Shown here piece after piece: positions 1 to 12,861 of a stretch of 64,000 bases of DNA. Every line of letters starts with the position of its first letter. The stretch's first letter is position 1. The translations under genes and the position numbers were made by a program. The stretch comes from Macrostomum hystrix (taxonomy: Eukaryota > Animalia > Platyhelminthes), in assembly GCA_950097015.1 (NCBI GenBank), contig CATNEN010000007.1, forward strand, positions 11,656,001 through 11,720,000. Direction: 5' to 3'. A model generated the notes under the pieces. The model did not search any database, was not told where the DNA came from, and worked only from the letters and a program-made list of their open reading frames with translations.

Positions 1-1
1 A

Positions 2-361
2 CAGCAGCAGCAGCAGCAGCAGCAGGTACCGCTGGCATTCGCTAGCAGGCCGATGGCAGCTTCGGCGGCCACCTCCGCCTCAGCTGTCTCGACCGTCACC
101 GCCGCAGCCGCAGCCTCGTCAGTCTCAACGCTGCAGCCGCAGCATCCGGCGCCGCATCTGGTGCACTTCTCGTTGGCCAGCTCCGCTGAGTCGTCGGACT
201 CACTTGAGGAGGTCGAGTCCGCCTCGTCCTGCTCGTCGGCTGCCGGCCCGGTCTTCTTCATTGGCGCCAGCGGCGGCAGCGGTGGCGGAGGTGGCGGCGG
301 TGGCATCAGCAGCGGCATTCCATTCCTGCACCAGGACTCGGGCTACTTTGGCGCCAACTGA
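2..361 (+). CDS. Probable 3' end of a coding exon entering from the left edge (poly-Gln/Ala/Ser/Gly low-complexity C-terminus); product unknown
   Basis: Frame is open from nt 2 ([25 protein letters not shown]...) to TGA at 359-361, with GC-rich codons like the other genes here. No recognisable domain. Confidence 0.35.
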   Translation, partial: QQQQQQQQVPLAFASRPMAASAATSASAVSTVTAAAAASSVSTLQPQHPAPHLVHFSLASSAESSDSLEEVESASSCSSAAGPVFFIGASGGSGGGGGGGGISSGIPFLHQDSGYFGAN

Positions 362-822
362 AGCGAGTTCGGGCGCTTTTATTGTCTGTGCAGCGAAGTG
401 GTCGAGTCGGTCACATCGACATTAATTTCTGCGCATCCGATGCGCCCTGACAATTTTGCCTTTCTAATTGTACTTTTCACCCAGTCCCCAGCAGCTACTG
501 TATGATTCGCTCTGTTGCCCTATTCGCTGGTGTGAAATCCACGGAGCAGAAGACTGGAGTCCCTGGTGGCCCCTCTGGCTGAACAGCTTCCGTGACTCGC
601 TTTTCTCCGTTGAGCAGCAGCTCGCCTCGATGCCTCACCGCAATGATGTCCCATCTCCCATGTTGTCATGTTCGTCAGCATCTGTTCGCCGCTGTCGGCT
701 GTCAGGAGCGTGGCGGCAGCTCCTGACCCCAACCGACCAGTCAATCCAGTGCCAGACGCGGATGCAAACCACACAGCGCCTACCTCTTCCGCCTCCTGCA
801 GTCCCTTTGCATATCTGCCAGA

Positions 823-825
<3 letters not shown>

Positions 826-899
<74 letters not shown>
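826..899. repeat. (GCT)n/(CAG)n trinucleotide microsatellite
   Basis: Over 20 consecutive GCT units preceded by GTT units; the source of the poly-A/Q/C ORFs in the track. Confidence 0.95.
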
Positions 900-901
<2 letters not shown>

Positions 902-3900
902 GATTCGCTCGCTGATTTCAGTTTTGGCCAGTTTCTCTTTTGTTGTCCCGCTGCGGCTGCCCGGCAGTATTTCTCCCGCAGTTTTCGGCGCATTGTACAT
1001 TTAGTATGAGCTCAAATCACTCGACTGTCTTTTGTGTGTCCATTCATGTCTAACTGCCTATGCGATCCTGCACTGTTCCACAATCTCCTTAAGTCCCCAT
1101 GTAACTCGTCCATTGCACTCATCCCCAATTGATCACACCGGCCAGGCCTCGAGTCCTCTGAGCTGGCGGTCGTTGTTTTATGCATCTGCGCTCAATTTCT
1201 AGAGACAGATTTTATCATTAGCAGATTCTGTACAGCTTGCCCCAGTTTGTGTTGTAGCTGTGTTCCGTTGACAGAGGCATAGCAGAACAAAGACTTGCAT
1301 TGCTCAATTCTGCAGCGCCAGCCGCTCCCACCAACCTCAATCGATTAGGCTGCACCTGCAGCACCCGGCCTGTGCTGCATTGTACATTTTTGTTGTCAGA
1401 TTTTTCCCATCTCTGCTTGCGCATCGCCCTCCTGTTCGCTGTTCCGCTTACCATCTATGGCCCAGCTCACCAGGTGACCGGCAGCTCAGCTCAGTACAGG
1501 TAAAATGCCCCGGCTCTCGCACGGGTACCTAAATCAGTTTTATTCACTAGAGGCTGCTGTATTTCTCTCCACTGCTTTAACTTTTTTTAGTTTTAATTTT
1601 TTCCTGATTAATAACTTTTGATTTCTCGCTACTGCCTTGTCGTAAGCCCGCCTTGCAGCCCTGTACATAGCAGACTACTATCGCTTAATCCTGGATTTAA
1701 TCCCAACTCAAATACAAAGCGCTTTTATTTCACATTTAAGCACTATAAAATGTTTTATTGCCAACAAAAGCCCCCTTGAACAGTGTGGACTTGCTGCTGC
1801 CTTATCATTTCGGTGGAATGTGCGACGTCGAACAGGTCGACGGTCCCTGACGCCACTTCACTGACGCAAGTTCAGTGGCTGGCCGTGTGAAAAAAAATCA
1901 TTCCTGCGACGGCAAAGTACGCGGCCGCACTGGCGAGTGCCCACCCCTGCTCATGTGACACCGCATGGGAGCTGACCGGGGTCAGCCGAGGTGACCGCCC
2001 AGACAGCCCACCCAGCCCGCAGTCCTCGCGCAGCCCCTTCTCTGGCTGGCTGCCGTGGCTGGCTCTTTCCAAGCCGCACTCCTGGAGCCGCTCTCGGAGC
2101 CGGCGAGCCGGGCTTGTGGGCGGGGGGTGGCTGCCGGAGGCGGAGCAGGAGGAGTGGGCGGCCCCCTGACTGCCTCTCTCTCCCGCAATGCGCCAGTTTG
2201 GTTGCTATGCTGGGCCGGGCCAGGCAGGCAATTGTACCGGGCCACCCACCCCGCCGCACCGGGTGTTCGGTTTAGTGCAGGGAGACTGGCAGCGGCCGCT
2301 CGCCCTTGCAGCGACCCCGCACGCGAAGCGCATCTGCTGCGAGGGCTGGCATGGCCAAGCTATGGGGAACATAAAAAACGGGCCTGAAAAATGACACTGT
2401 GTAAAATTTCCATCGAAACTTGCTGGAATGACTGCCGAGCAAGAGAGTGCCTTCACAGTTGTACCCGACCGGGAGCGGAGCAGGGGAATTAATCCCGTCA
2501 CTTTATTCCCCACTGTCACTGGGATTGCATGGGATTTGAAGCTTTCATCCACATTTCTGCGCGACACAATGCGATTTGGGCCAAAAATAGAACTGCTTTG
2601 TTGGATGTTTCATATTCAGTTTGAATAGCTGCTCTCTATCTTGCCTGACATGAAAATGCCACGAATCCGCCATTGTCAGCTTCACGAGCGCATCTTTTGA
2701 AACCGGTTGATGAGCTACCGACGATACTCCATCTCACTTTGCTCATCCGGCTTGCGAACCTGTCACTCAGCGAGTGCTGGGGACACTTTCTCCTCCCAGA
2801 TCCCACCCGACATTCTCTACAATTCTCATCCCTAACTCCCCAACTACAATTCTCTGCACAGCGTGAAGCCCGGCTTGGGATCAGGTTGCTACGGAGTTCC
2901 GCCGGCCTCACTAAAACACGAGAGGCTTCTCTATCCTCAGGTGGTGACGCATGCCTCAATGCCTGCTTAGCGGTGCGCGCGATGCATTCGCACCAGAGCG
3001 CTTGCATACTGATGCGCGTGCTCGTCTTTGCCGTGTTCCTCCAGTCAGCTTGGTAACCAAGCAGAACCCAGTAATCTGACCTGTCACTCTCCACCGGCAC
3101 ATCTCCGGTGTTGCCAGGCGGGGAAGGTTGCATTTCACTGAATTTGTCTCTTGCAGACAAAGTAGCACCAGGTCGTATGGCAGCTCCGCTTGCGGTAACT
3201 ACAGAACTTGGCCTTCAATCTGAGCTCCTGGAAGTTGCTTTGTGGGGCTGAAACTCCACAGCTCACTAGAAATGGAGAAGGGGGAGCCCTTGACAGCTCG
3301 CAGCTGAGTGCATTTTTTCGTAACAACTAATAGCCGTAGGGCGAGCAGGCAGGTAGTGCCGCAGGTGCAGAAGGACTGGAGAGCAGGGCGCAGCGATTGC
3401 ACTGAGCCGGTGCACTAGGGCCGAGTGAGAGAAGTGAAGTGGCCAACTTAGCGGCAGCGAGGAAACCAGTGCCCGACCCCGCCTGACCTTCGGCTACTTG
3501 GGGTAGGAGTCCGAGGAGTTGACAGATGCAACAAAGACTCAGGTCATTGTGGCTGTACAGCACCAGCTGTAACTGTACTGATGGACCTGTTGAATATCAG
3601 AGGCCTGGCTTTGTGTTCGTACCCAGAGTCCAACTCAAGCTGTTCCAATTAAATGTGCTCAAAGACCCGGTGCAATTGGTGCAATCTTTATTTTCGGCTG
3701 AGTTCAGCTGCACTGGCCTTGATTTTGCTAGGAGCAGCTAACATGTGTTTTTCTCATGGCAGCAAAGTCACTGGTCTCTGCTGAGTCTTATCACGTGTCG
3801 CACTTTTTGACTATAGAAAAACTTTGTGTCAGTGGAAAGTGTTTACTTGGAATTCGCAGCTGCTCAGCACGAGATCCGGCTGCGGTGCAGCTGCACTCGC

Positions 3901-6097
3901 TTGGCAGCCGTTTGGCGGCGAGTTCGCGTTTAGTAGTTGAATGAGATCTTTTTGTGACAATTGTGAGTATAAAATGCCGCTAACTCAGTTTCACGGGTGA
4001 TAATAGCCATTGCATGAACTGCTGATAGCTATGAGTAATGCATGGTACACTGCAGCACATGGGAGATGATGACACACTGCAGGCCAGGTGGGTGGATCTG
4101 CACTTTTCAGCTGTACAGTGGCATCAGACGGCTCATTATTGTCTGATGTCTGATCTACACCGGCCTGTACTCAGCACCCTCAGTCCGAGACATCCAAATC
4201 CCGCTACAGACTACAGACTGACATTTGGCACGATGGCGGGCCGCACAGGCTGTCAATAATTCACCCAGTGGCTGCCTGAGCCTGACGCAGCTGGAGTCCC
4301 AGCTCAACTCCGCTCTCAAAAAAATTGTAAGCCGATAGGAAGCTGCGAAACAGAAATTTAAGGGAACAGATGGGAGGGAGCTACGGGAAGAGAATACGAC
4401 AAGGGATGCGGAGGAGAAGGATAGGGGAAGAGGGGAGAGCAGTCGGCCCCGATCCCCCAAGCTGCCCGCTCAGCACGCGCGGGCCCGCGACCTCGCATGA
4501 CCTCAGCCGGGAGAGCAAGGAGCGAAAGGTCTGAGGGAGAACAGACAGACGGGCGGGTTCAGTGGAAGGACAGCTGAGGGTGGGAGCAGCCAGTCAGCCG
4601 AATTCCACCCGACCTGTTTCTCGATCCTATCCCCAGCCCAAGTCGCCTCAACTTCTGCAGATGAGGCAACGCGGTTGACAATGCGAGTAAAACAGGCTCC
4701 GCTTTGGGCAGCTTACTTGCCTAAGTACATGCCGACCTTTCAATTATTCATCGCGAGCTTCTCGTTTCATTGATTGGGTGAAGCGCTGGGCGGACTGCGG
4801 CTGGGGGCGCAGCCGGCATTTCTAAAAGGCCTAAATATTATCCAAGCATCAAGTGGGCCGCGGACACAACTGCTTCTAGAGCTGGACAGTAGCTGAAATG
4901 GCGAATCTGCGTCAGCTTGCCCAGCTGGCACTGACCTTCATCTCTCATTGCCTGTGTTTCCCACTCCAGCCTGTTCCGCTGCAGCTGCGCTCTTCTGGCA
5001 AGCTGTGCGGCCCCAGCCAAGCGCGGGAACTGAAATATTCGGTCCCGCCTCAGAGATTTGTTTACCTGAGGCTTCACCTCCGACCCTCAGGCCACGCAGT
5101 CCGAGCCAACTGGTGACGCAATTGACACACCGTGCTCGGTGCCAACCCTGGGGCGGAAGTCGCTTTGCATATAAGCTTGAGTTTCACAACGGCTGGTAAA
5201 GAATTAGCCGCTGCTCTTGGGCCACCTCGTCCCACTCGGGCTCACAGCTCACATAGAATTCCTTTGATTTCCTTATCGCCCGTGGGCCTAACACGGCCTG
5301 ATCGGCTTACAGCTTTGTGCAGCTGCAGGCACGGAGCCTGAGACAGCAGGCGATGCGTGTCGGGGCGCACTGGTCACGTGACGCCTGGCCTGGCCGAGTC
5401 AATCGGTGCTTTTGGGGCTTGGATATTACGTAACCGAACACAGTCACATGAGCGGAAAGGGACTCGCGGCCCACCCACCGAGGGCAGCAACAGCAGCAGC
5501 AAAGTTCTGCCGCATGACTGGCTGCGCTAGACTGAGCTTTTGTTACAGAACTGATGGACGGACAGGTGTGGGGTAGGCTCTGCACAATGAACAATGTCCC
5601 CAATGAACCCAGCTCAGGGTGATGCTCTTGCATCCAGCCTGCGCGTGCTCACCCATCGAACAGGTGCTGAGCAAGGTAACAAGCCAAAATGGCCGACCCA
5701 GCAAATTAAACTGCTAGATGAAACTCTCAATTATGCAACCGTTTTCCAGGCCTTTGTGGATTGACGTTTACAGAGCGGCTTCTGCACCACGCCCTGCAGT
5801 ATCGCCCTGCAGATATCAAGCAGCTGCACTCAGGCAGTGCACTTACAGTTTGTTGTCAATGATAACAAATAGCAGCGCCAGCCACAGGTAACTGAGGCGC
5901 ATGGCCACACAGTTCGCACACCAAATGAAATTATGGTTAAACTGTCGCAACATCGATAAACCAGCTACAGGCCATCCATATCGGCTGCGCGGTGGACCTT
6001 TTGTGGGTCTTCACAGAGAACCCAGAGGCTTCTAATAGAGCTTTCAATTGTAGCAAATCATTTCGGATACAGACCGACTGAGTACTGGGAAACGACA

Positions 6098-6856
6098 ATG
6101 CCTCCCTAGGAACCATACTGCCTCCCTTGGAACCCTACTACCTTGTCAGGAACCCTAATGCCTCCCCAGGAACCCTACTGCCTCCCTTGGAACCCCACTG
6201 CCTCCCCAGGAACCCTACTGCCTGCCCAGGAACCCTACTGCCTCCCTTGGAACCCCACTGCCTCCCTTGGAACCCCACTGCCTCCCCAGGAACCCTACTG
6301 CCTCCCTAGGAACCATACTGCCTCCCTTGGAACCCTACTACCTTGTCAGGAACCCTAATGCCTCCCCGGAACCCCACTGCCTCCTCAGGAACCCCACTGC
6401 CTCCCTTGGAACCCCACTGCCTCCCCAGGAACCCTACTGCCTCCCCAGGAACCCTACTGCCTCCCTAGGAACCATACTGCCTCCCTTGGAACCCTACTAT
6501 CTTGTCAGGAACCCTAATGCCTCCCCCGGAACCCCACTGCCTCCCTAGGAACCCTACTGCCTCCCTTGGAACCCCACTGCCTCCCCAGGAACCCTACTGC
6601 CTCCCTTGGAACCTCACTGCCTCCCCAGGAACCCTACTGCCTCCCTAGGAACCCTAATGCCTCCTCCGGAACTCTAATGCCTCCCCAGGAACCCTACTGC
6701 CTCCCTTGGAACCTCACTGCCTCCCCAGGAACCCTACTGCCTCCCTAGGAACCCTAATGCCTCCTCCGGAACCCTACTGCCTCCCTTGGAACCTCACTGC
6801 CTCCCCAGGAACCCTACTGCCTCCCTAGGAACCTCACTGCCTCCCCAGGAACCCCC
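6098..6856. repeat. 20-bp minisatellite, about 38 copies
   Basis: Unit ~CTGCCTCCCCAGGAACCCTA with variants, in tandem. Confidence 0.95.
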
Positions 6857-8453
6857 ACAGTGCCTAAAGTGCAAGAAGAAGGCAGAGTAGGACAAACGGC
6901 TTCCTTAAATACTTTTATAATAGCCGCCAGCTTAATGAAGAGCCTGGCGCTCTTTGAATATGCTAATTCGCTTCTATCAGCCGCTCCCATGGCAATGCGG
7001 CCACGGCAAGTATTTGCATGCCATCGCTCACCCTCCTGAAGCTCCTTGTAGGCTGCAGGCGGCTCGGTGGGCGAGGAGCCACAGGGCACAGGGGGATGGC
7101 GAAAGTCGCTCGCTGCTCCCTCCTCGACGCGAGTATGGGAGAGTGGGGGAGTCGAGTGTTGGCGGCCCGGTGGCAGCTTTGCCAGTCTGGCCGCCCGCTT
7201 TCCTCTCCTCATTCCAAGAGTTCCCAAATCCCCACCCTGTCTGGGGGTCAGCAGCCGTCTGGGCCGGGACGCCAGTTTCTGAGGCCGCTGGGCCCAGCGT
7301 CGGAAAATTGCGGGGACAGGCAAGGAGAGGCTGGGAGGCAGGGGAAGTATTGGGAAAAGCCGGCGGGCAGCAGTCCGGTTGCACTTTTAGTGCGGAGACC
7401 GGGAGCGAGGGTTAGGGGAGTGGGGAGCAGCGAGCCGATGTGGGGCAGATCGGCGGGGCAGGGGAGAGAGGGTGACTCAGCTAAGCTGGCCGCGCAGAAG
7501 GAGTGCCAGAACTGCCGGTTGGGGGAGGCAGCCAGTTTCATTGCACCAGCCGACGGTCCTCGAGGACACAGGGGCTGCAAAAGTGCGCAGCTGGCGGACT
7601 GCGCAGGAGTGCCGCAGGAGGGGCCCGTGACGCCTGCGTGATGCCCGTGTCTGGTCCGGCTGGCCTACCGGCGCAGAAGCAGGGAGCGCAGGGCGAGAAA
7701 GGTCAGGGAAGGGCGAGGAGAGGCAGCACAGGTTCCGCCGCAGCTGGCCGGAATATTTACGGCTGCGCACGGCTCCAGGCGATTGTCGCCGGGTGCACTC
7801 TAGGCTGGGCAGATACTTCACAAGTCACGCGCCGCACAGTGAGAATAGTTAACGAGCAGCCCAGTGAGCTGCAGCTATGTAGACAGTCGAGCGAACTGTT
7901 TTGAGCTTAGCTGGGCGGAGCCGAAACTCGCTACACGCGCTAGAAACGCCTATTTCTTGTCGTCACGAGAATCAGTGGTGCACGATTACTTTTATTACGT
8001 AGCCATGCACGCATTAGACTACTGCCCGCTTTTGTTAGTAGAGCAGTGTGCGAATAATGAGTAATGACCGGCTTGGGAAAATGATCAAGTCGCAAGCAAC
8101 TCGGCAGTGAGTTTCTGGCATTTTGGCATTGCTAACAGTCACTAACCTTGACTGAGTATATTGGTAACAAGGAGCAGCCGAGCATGGCCGGGGCCAATGC
8201 AAAACCAAATAGAGCAAGCGAATGCGCTGAATTAACAGTAAGAATAATCAATGTGGGTTTGCAGGGGGTAGGCAGGCCGCATACAACAGGCAAAATGATT
8301 AACTAAACCCATTCACAACAGCCGGCAAAGCGCACAGCACCGGTGTCTGAGGACGCAGCTCGGTCGCTATGCGAAACAGGGGGGGAGTCTAGGACTGGAG
8401 ACTAGATTTACAGTCTGGAAGGTGAACGGGGTCGGGAAGCAGAGTTCGGATAT

Positions 8454-11400
8454 CTAATGCTCAGAGCTGGCAGCAGCTTCGGCAGCCAGCATTGACGGCA
8501 TGGACAGCATGCTGGTGTAGGGCGGCTGCACCGGGGGCGGTGGCGGCTGCGGGTTGCGCAGGCGCAGCAGGAGGCCCAGCAGGTGCTCGTCGGCCTGGGC
8601 GCCGGTGCGCTGCCAGTCCAGCTGCGGAGCCTTCTTGGTGAACAGGCGCTGCGTCAGGAGGCAGGGCGGGATGAGGTACAGCGCCGCCATGGAGTCTTCG
8701 AGCTGAACCACACCAGCGGAGTCCTTAGCAACCAGGTAGCTGAGCAGGTGCTGGAATGGTCGGGTTGCGGCGGCTGCTTTAACAGCAGCGGCGGCAGCGG
8801 CGGCCGCTTCGCCAGCGGCGGAGTCGGAACCGACTGCCTCTTCAGCTGCGGCAGCGGCGGCCGCGGCGGCTGCTGCGGCGGTGGGGCCTGGCCTGGGCAC
8901 GCAGACGCAGATGCAGAAGCCTTCGACGCTGGCCAGCAAGCGGGCCAGAAGGCGGTCAGAGCTGGCCGGGGTGATGCGGACCCGCTGACGAATCTCCAGC
9001 GGGGGGTCTTCAACGTCGGCGCCCGATGCTGGCTGGAGCAGCGGTGGAGGATCGCGCAGAATGGAAGGCCGGTGGTCCTGTTCTTGGTCCCGCTCACGGC
9101 TGCCAGTTCGGCGGTATGCGCCACCGCCGCCGCCGCCGCGTCTGGCAAAGGCGGAGACCGCGGAAGGGAGCAGCGGAGTCGGGCATAGCGCCAAGGAGTC
9201 CCTAGATGGGAAGTGATCCCTCAGCAGGCGGGCTTCGCCATAGAAGTAGTGCAGAGAAGCGCAGAAGCGGGCGCCCTTGAGCTGCAGGGCGCCGGACCAG
9301 CAGGGCGGCTGCAGATTGCGCACCACGTCGCCGATGTTCGTCGCCTTGTCGATAGGCGGCGGAGGCGGTGGCGGCGGTGGCGGTGGAGGCTGCAGCACGG
9401 AGGGTTGCGACCCCCCGGAGCCGGTTGGAGCGGTCTGTAGCGGGGGCAGCGGCTTCGGACCTTCCCCGGTGTGCCTGGCCAGCAGGTCCAGCTGAATGTC
9501 GATGTCAGGCTCGGCAAAGTCAGTGCGCAGTCGCTTCTCGTCGCCATAGAAGGAGGCACCACGCAGCCGCCTGACAGCCTCGACGGCGGAGTCCTGCCGC
9601 TCGAACAGCACGTAGGCGAACTCGCGCCCAGCCGGCCAGTCCAGCCGCTCCAGCGGGCCGAAGCGCTCGCACTCGGAGCGCAGCTTGTCCTCGGAGAGCC
9701 AGCTGCCCAGGCCGCCCAGCCACAGGCAGCGGGTGGGCACCGGCTTGGCGTAGCCGATCTTGGCGATGTGGCCGCCAATGCTGCTCTGCGACAGCTGCTG
9801 CCGGGCCTTGTGCGCCATGTCCAGCGTCAGAAATTTGATGAAGGCGAACGCCTTCGCACCGGGCGACTGCATGGCGATCTTCGGCGGCCGCTTCACCTCC
9901 AAATCCTGCGGGCGGATCAGGGAAGATTATTGAGCACGGCGGGATCAGGGAGAAATACTGAAACCCATATTAATTGAATGGACAAATAGTGCGAATCCAT
10001 CAGTTATCCCAGATGAGCACTGTGATCCATCAGTTATCCCAGATGAGCATTATGATCCATCAGCTATCCCAGATTAGCATTGAGGTCCATCAGCTATCCC
10101 AGATGAGCACTGTGATCCATCAGTTATTCCAGATGAGCATTGAGGCCCATCAGCTATCCCAGATGAGCATTGAGGTCCATCAGCTATCCCAGATGAGCAT
10201 TGAGGTCCATCAGCTATCCCAGATGAGCATTGAGGTCCATCAGCTATCCCAGATGAGCATTATGATCCATCAGCTATCCCAGATGAGCATTGAGGTCCAT
10301 CAGCTATCCCAGATGAGCATTGAGGTCCATCAGCTATCCCAGATGAGCATTGAGGTCCATCAGCTATCCCAGATGAGCATTGAGGTCCATCAGCTATCCC
10401 AGATGAGCATTGAGGTCCATCAGCTATCCCAGATGAGCATTGAGGTCCATCAGCTATCCCAGATGAGCATTGAGGTCCATCAGCTATCCCAGATGAGCAT
10501 TGAGGTCCATCAGCTATCCCAGATGAGCATTGAGGTCCATCAGCTATCCCAGATTAGCATTGAGGTCCATCAGCTATCCCAGATTAGCATTGAGGTCCAT
10601 CAGCTATCCCAGATGAGCATTGAGGTCCATCAGCTATCCCAGATGAGCATTGTGATCCATCAGTTATCCCAGATTAGCATTGAGGTCCATCAGCTATCCC
10701 AGATGAGCATTGAGGTCCATCTGTTTAGCGGAATTCTCATGACCCGAGAGTAGGGGCAAGTCAGTAAACAAGGAAGGAAGCGCACCTGTATGATTCCGAA
10801 TTTCTCAAACTTGTGCCTGATGAGGTGCTCATCCACATCCGGCGGCATGTTGCCCAGGAAAAGCGTGCGGGTCGCTCGCTCGTCGTCTTCCGGCGCCAGG
10901 ATTTCGTCCGCGGGCGGGCCTCGCCGACCGCCGAAGTCGCCGCCGCGCCTCCTGCCGGCAGTTGAGGAGCCGATTGGCAGCATGTGCTGCTGCTGCTGCT
11001 GCTGGCGCGGCGGAGTCCTCTTCCTGGAGTAGTGCGGGTCCAGGCGGCAGGGCCGGCCGTTGAAGGTGAGGCCGCCGGACTCCAGCTTGGAGGCGCGAGC
11101 CCGCCGGGCGTCGTCCTGGCGGTCGAAGTACAGGAAGGCGATCTTCTCGCCATCGAAGAAGCTGGGTGTGACCTTGACCAGGCCGAAGCGGTCGAACTCG
11201 TCGTGCATCCGCTTGCGCACCTGGTCATCGTCGGCACGCGAGTCGATGTCGCGCACGCACAGCGCTTTGTAGGGCGGCTGCTGGTCGTCGTCTTCGTGCT
11301 GGTCCCGGTCCTGGTCCCGGTCTCGGTCATGGTCCCGTTCCTGATCCCGGTGACGGTCCCGGTCGCCTGAGCGGTGCGAGGACGCGCGATCCTGATCCCG

Positions 11401-11703
11401 ATCCCGGTCTTTGCCGCGATCCCGCTCCCGTTCCCGGTCTCGAGCCCGGTCCCGATCCTTATCTGCGTCCCGATCCCGATCTCTGTCCCGGTTCTTGTCC
11501 CGATCTCGGTCTTTGTCTCGGTTGCGATCATGATCCTTGTCTTTCTCCCTGTTTCGATCCTTGTCCTTGTCTTTGTCCCGGCTTCGATCCTTATTCTTGT
11601 CTTTGTCCTTGTCCTTAGCTCGCTCCCGGTCGCCATCGCCACGCGACTTTTTAGCGCCGCTGCGTCGGGGTGAGCGGTCGCGACTGTCAACGGAGCGCTT
11701 CAT
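8454..11703 (-). CDS. RBM15: RBM15/spenito-family RNA-binding protein (3 RRMs + C-terminal SPOC), 2 coding exons, ~789 aa
   Basis: Exons 11703-10786 and 9905-8454, joined by a phase-0 GT-AG intron (FGIIQ|DLEVKRP). Motifs RTLFLGN, AFIKFLTLDMAHKA, KIGYAKPVPTRCLWLGGLGSW, KRLRTDFA, WSGALQLK and LLSYLVAKDSAGVV match RBM15/Nito RRM2, RRM3 and SPOC. The N-terminus is rich in RD/RE dipeptides. Confidence 0.93.
9995..10721. repeat. 30-bp minisatellite (~24 copies) filling the RBM15 intron
   Basis: Unit CATCAGCTATCCCAGATGAGCATTGAGGTC; lies inside intron 9906-10785. Confidence 0.95.
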
Positions 11704-11807
11704 CAGCGGCTACGGCTGCTGAAAGGGAAGGGACGGGTGGCACTCGAAGGCTGGGGATGTTAGTGAGCCATTGACTTTTTCCCTGCTGCATTAAAACACC
11801 TAAATGC

Positions 11808-12280
11808 ATTGATTTGGGTAGATTCCGAACTCAACTAACTTTCTTGGGCAGGTTCCGGACTAAAAACTGATTTGGGCAGGTTCCAAACTTGACTAACTGA
11901 TTTGGGCAGGTTCCAATCTTGACTAACTGATTTGAGCAGGTTCCGGACTCAACTAACTTTCTTGGGCAGGTTCCGGACTAAAAAACTGATTTGGGCAGAT
12001 TCCAAACTTGACTAACTGATTTGGGCAGAGTCCGAAATCAACAAACTGGTTTGGGCAGATTCCGGACTCAACTAACTGATTTGGGCAGATTCCGAACTTA
12101 GCTAACTGATTTGAGCAGATTCTAAACTTGACTAACTGATTTGGGCAGAGTCCGAAATCAACAAACTGGTTTGGGCAGATTCCGAACTTAGCTAACTGAT
12201 TTGAGCAGATTCTAAACTTAACTAACTGATTTGGGCAGATTCCGGACTCAACTAACTGATTTAGACAGGTTCCGGAATTC
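11808..12280. repeat. ~30-bp minisatellite (~15 copies) upstream of RBM15
   Basis: Unit ~ACTAACTGATTTGGGCAGATTCCGGACTCA with variants. Confidence 0.92.
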
Positions 12281-12861
12281 AGTTCTGATTCGGAAAAGTA
12301 ATACGTGAGACACATTTCACTAGCAAAAAGCGAACAGGAGTTAAGTAGAAACAAAAGCCAGCAAGACAAAGCGCAGGGCATGTCGACATAGAACAGCTGG
12401 AACAGTTTCATAATTCACAACTATGAAATCTAATGCTAGTAAAATGACAACAAAATAATGAGCTAGTGAAGTACCTTACTTGCAGGTAACTAATTGAGCA
12501 ATATCAGCACACACAGAGATGGCACAGCAGCTGAGCAGGTTGGGGGATGGGTAAGGTGAGACAGAGGGGGAGTGGCCTGGAACAAGAGCGAGCGGCTTGT
12601 GACGGAACAGCGTCAGCCAGCCGGGTGAAATGCGCACCGGAGCTGTAGGAACAGTCACTGGCTGGAGAAGCAAGCGCTGAGGAAATACACGGCTCGGTTT
12701 GAAATTTGTAAGAATACTATCTAGACTTGAAATAATAAATGAAAAATTGACATCAGAGCACAGCCTGACTACAGGTGCGATGGCGAAATCGATTGGGTGA
12801 ACAGATTGACAGGCGGCTAGTAACTGCGCCTCACAATGGATCTGGGTAAAGGCTGCTGGAC

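Noticed and set aside
468-1009. Poly-Ala, poly-Gln and poly-Cys ORFs
   Set aside because: They come from the (GCT)n tract; the surrounding sequence looks like 3' UTR, with no domain or splice support.
1873-2676. Possible non-autonomous DNA transposon with CAGTGGC-type ends
   Set aside because: The terminal match is weak and I found no TSD.
2950-3330. Minus-strand DLVLLCLQET, resembling a LINE endonuclease motif
   Set aside because: It is one short motif in a stop-ridden region; a very old LINE relic is possible but unsupported.
6858-7808. GC-rich block with a short inverted match (GCCTAAAGTGCA / TGCACTCTAGGC) and several overlapping ORFs
   Set aside because: No TSD and no protein motif; ORFs on both strands reflect high GC.
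9974-10753. 259-aa ORF with (HQLSQMSIEV)n
   Set aside because: It is the translation of a 30-bp repeat lying antisense within the RBM15 intron.
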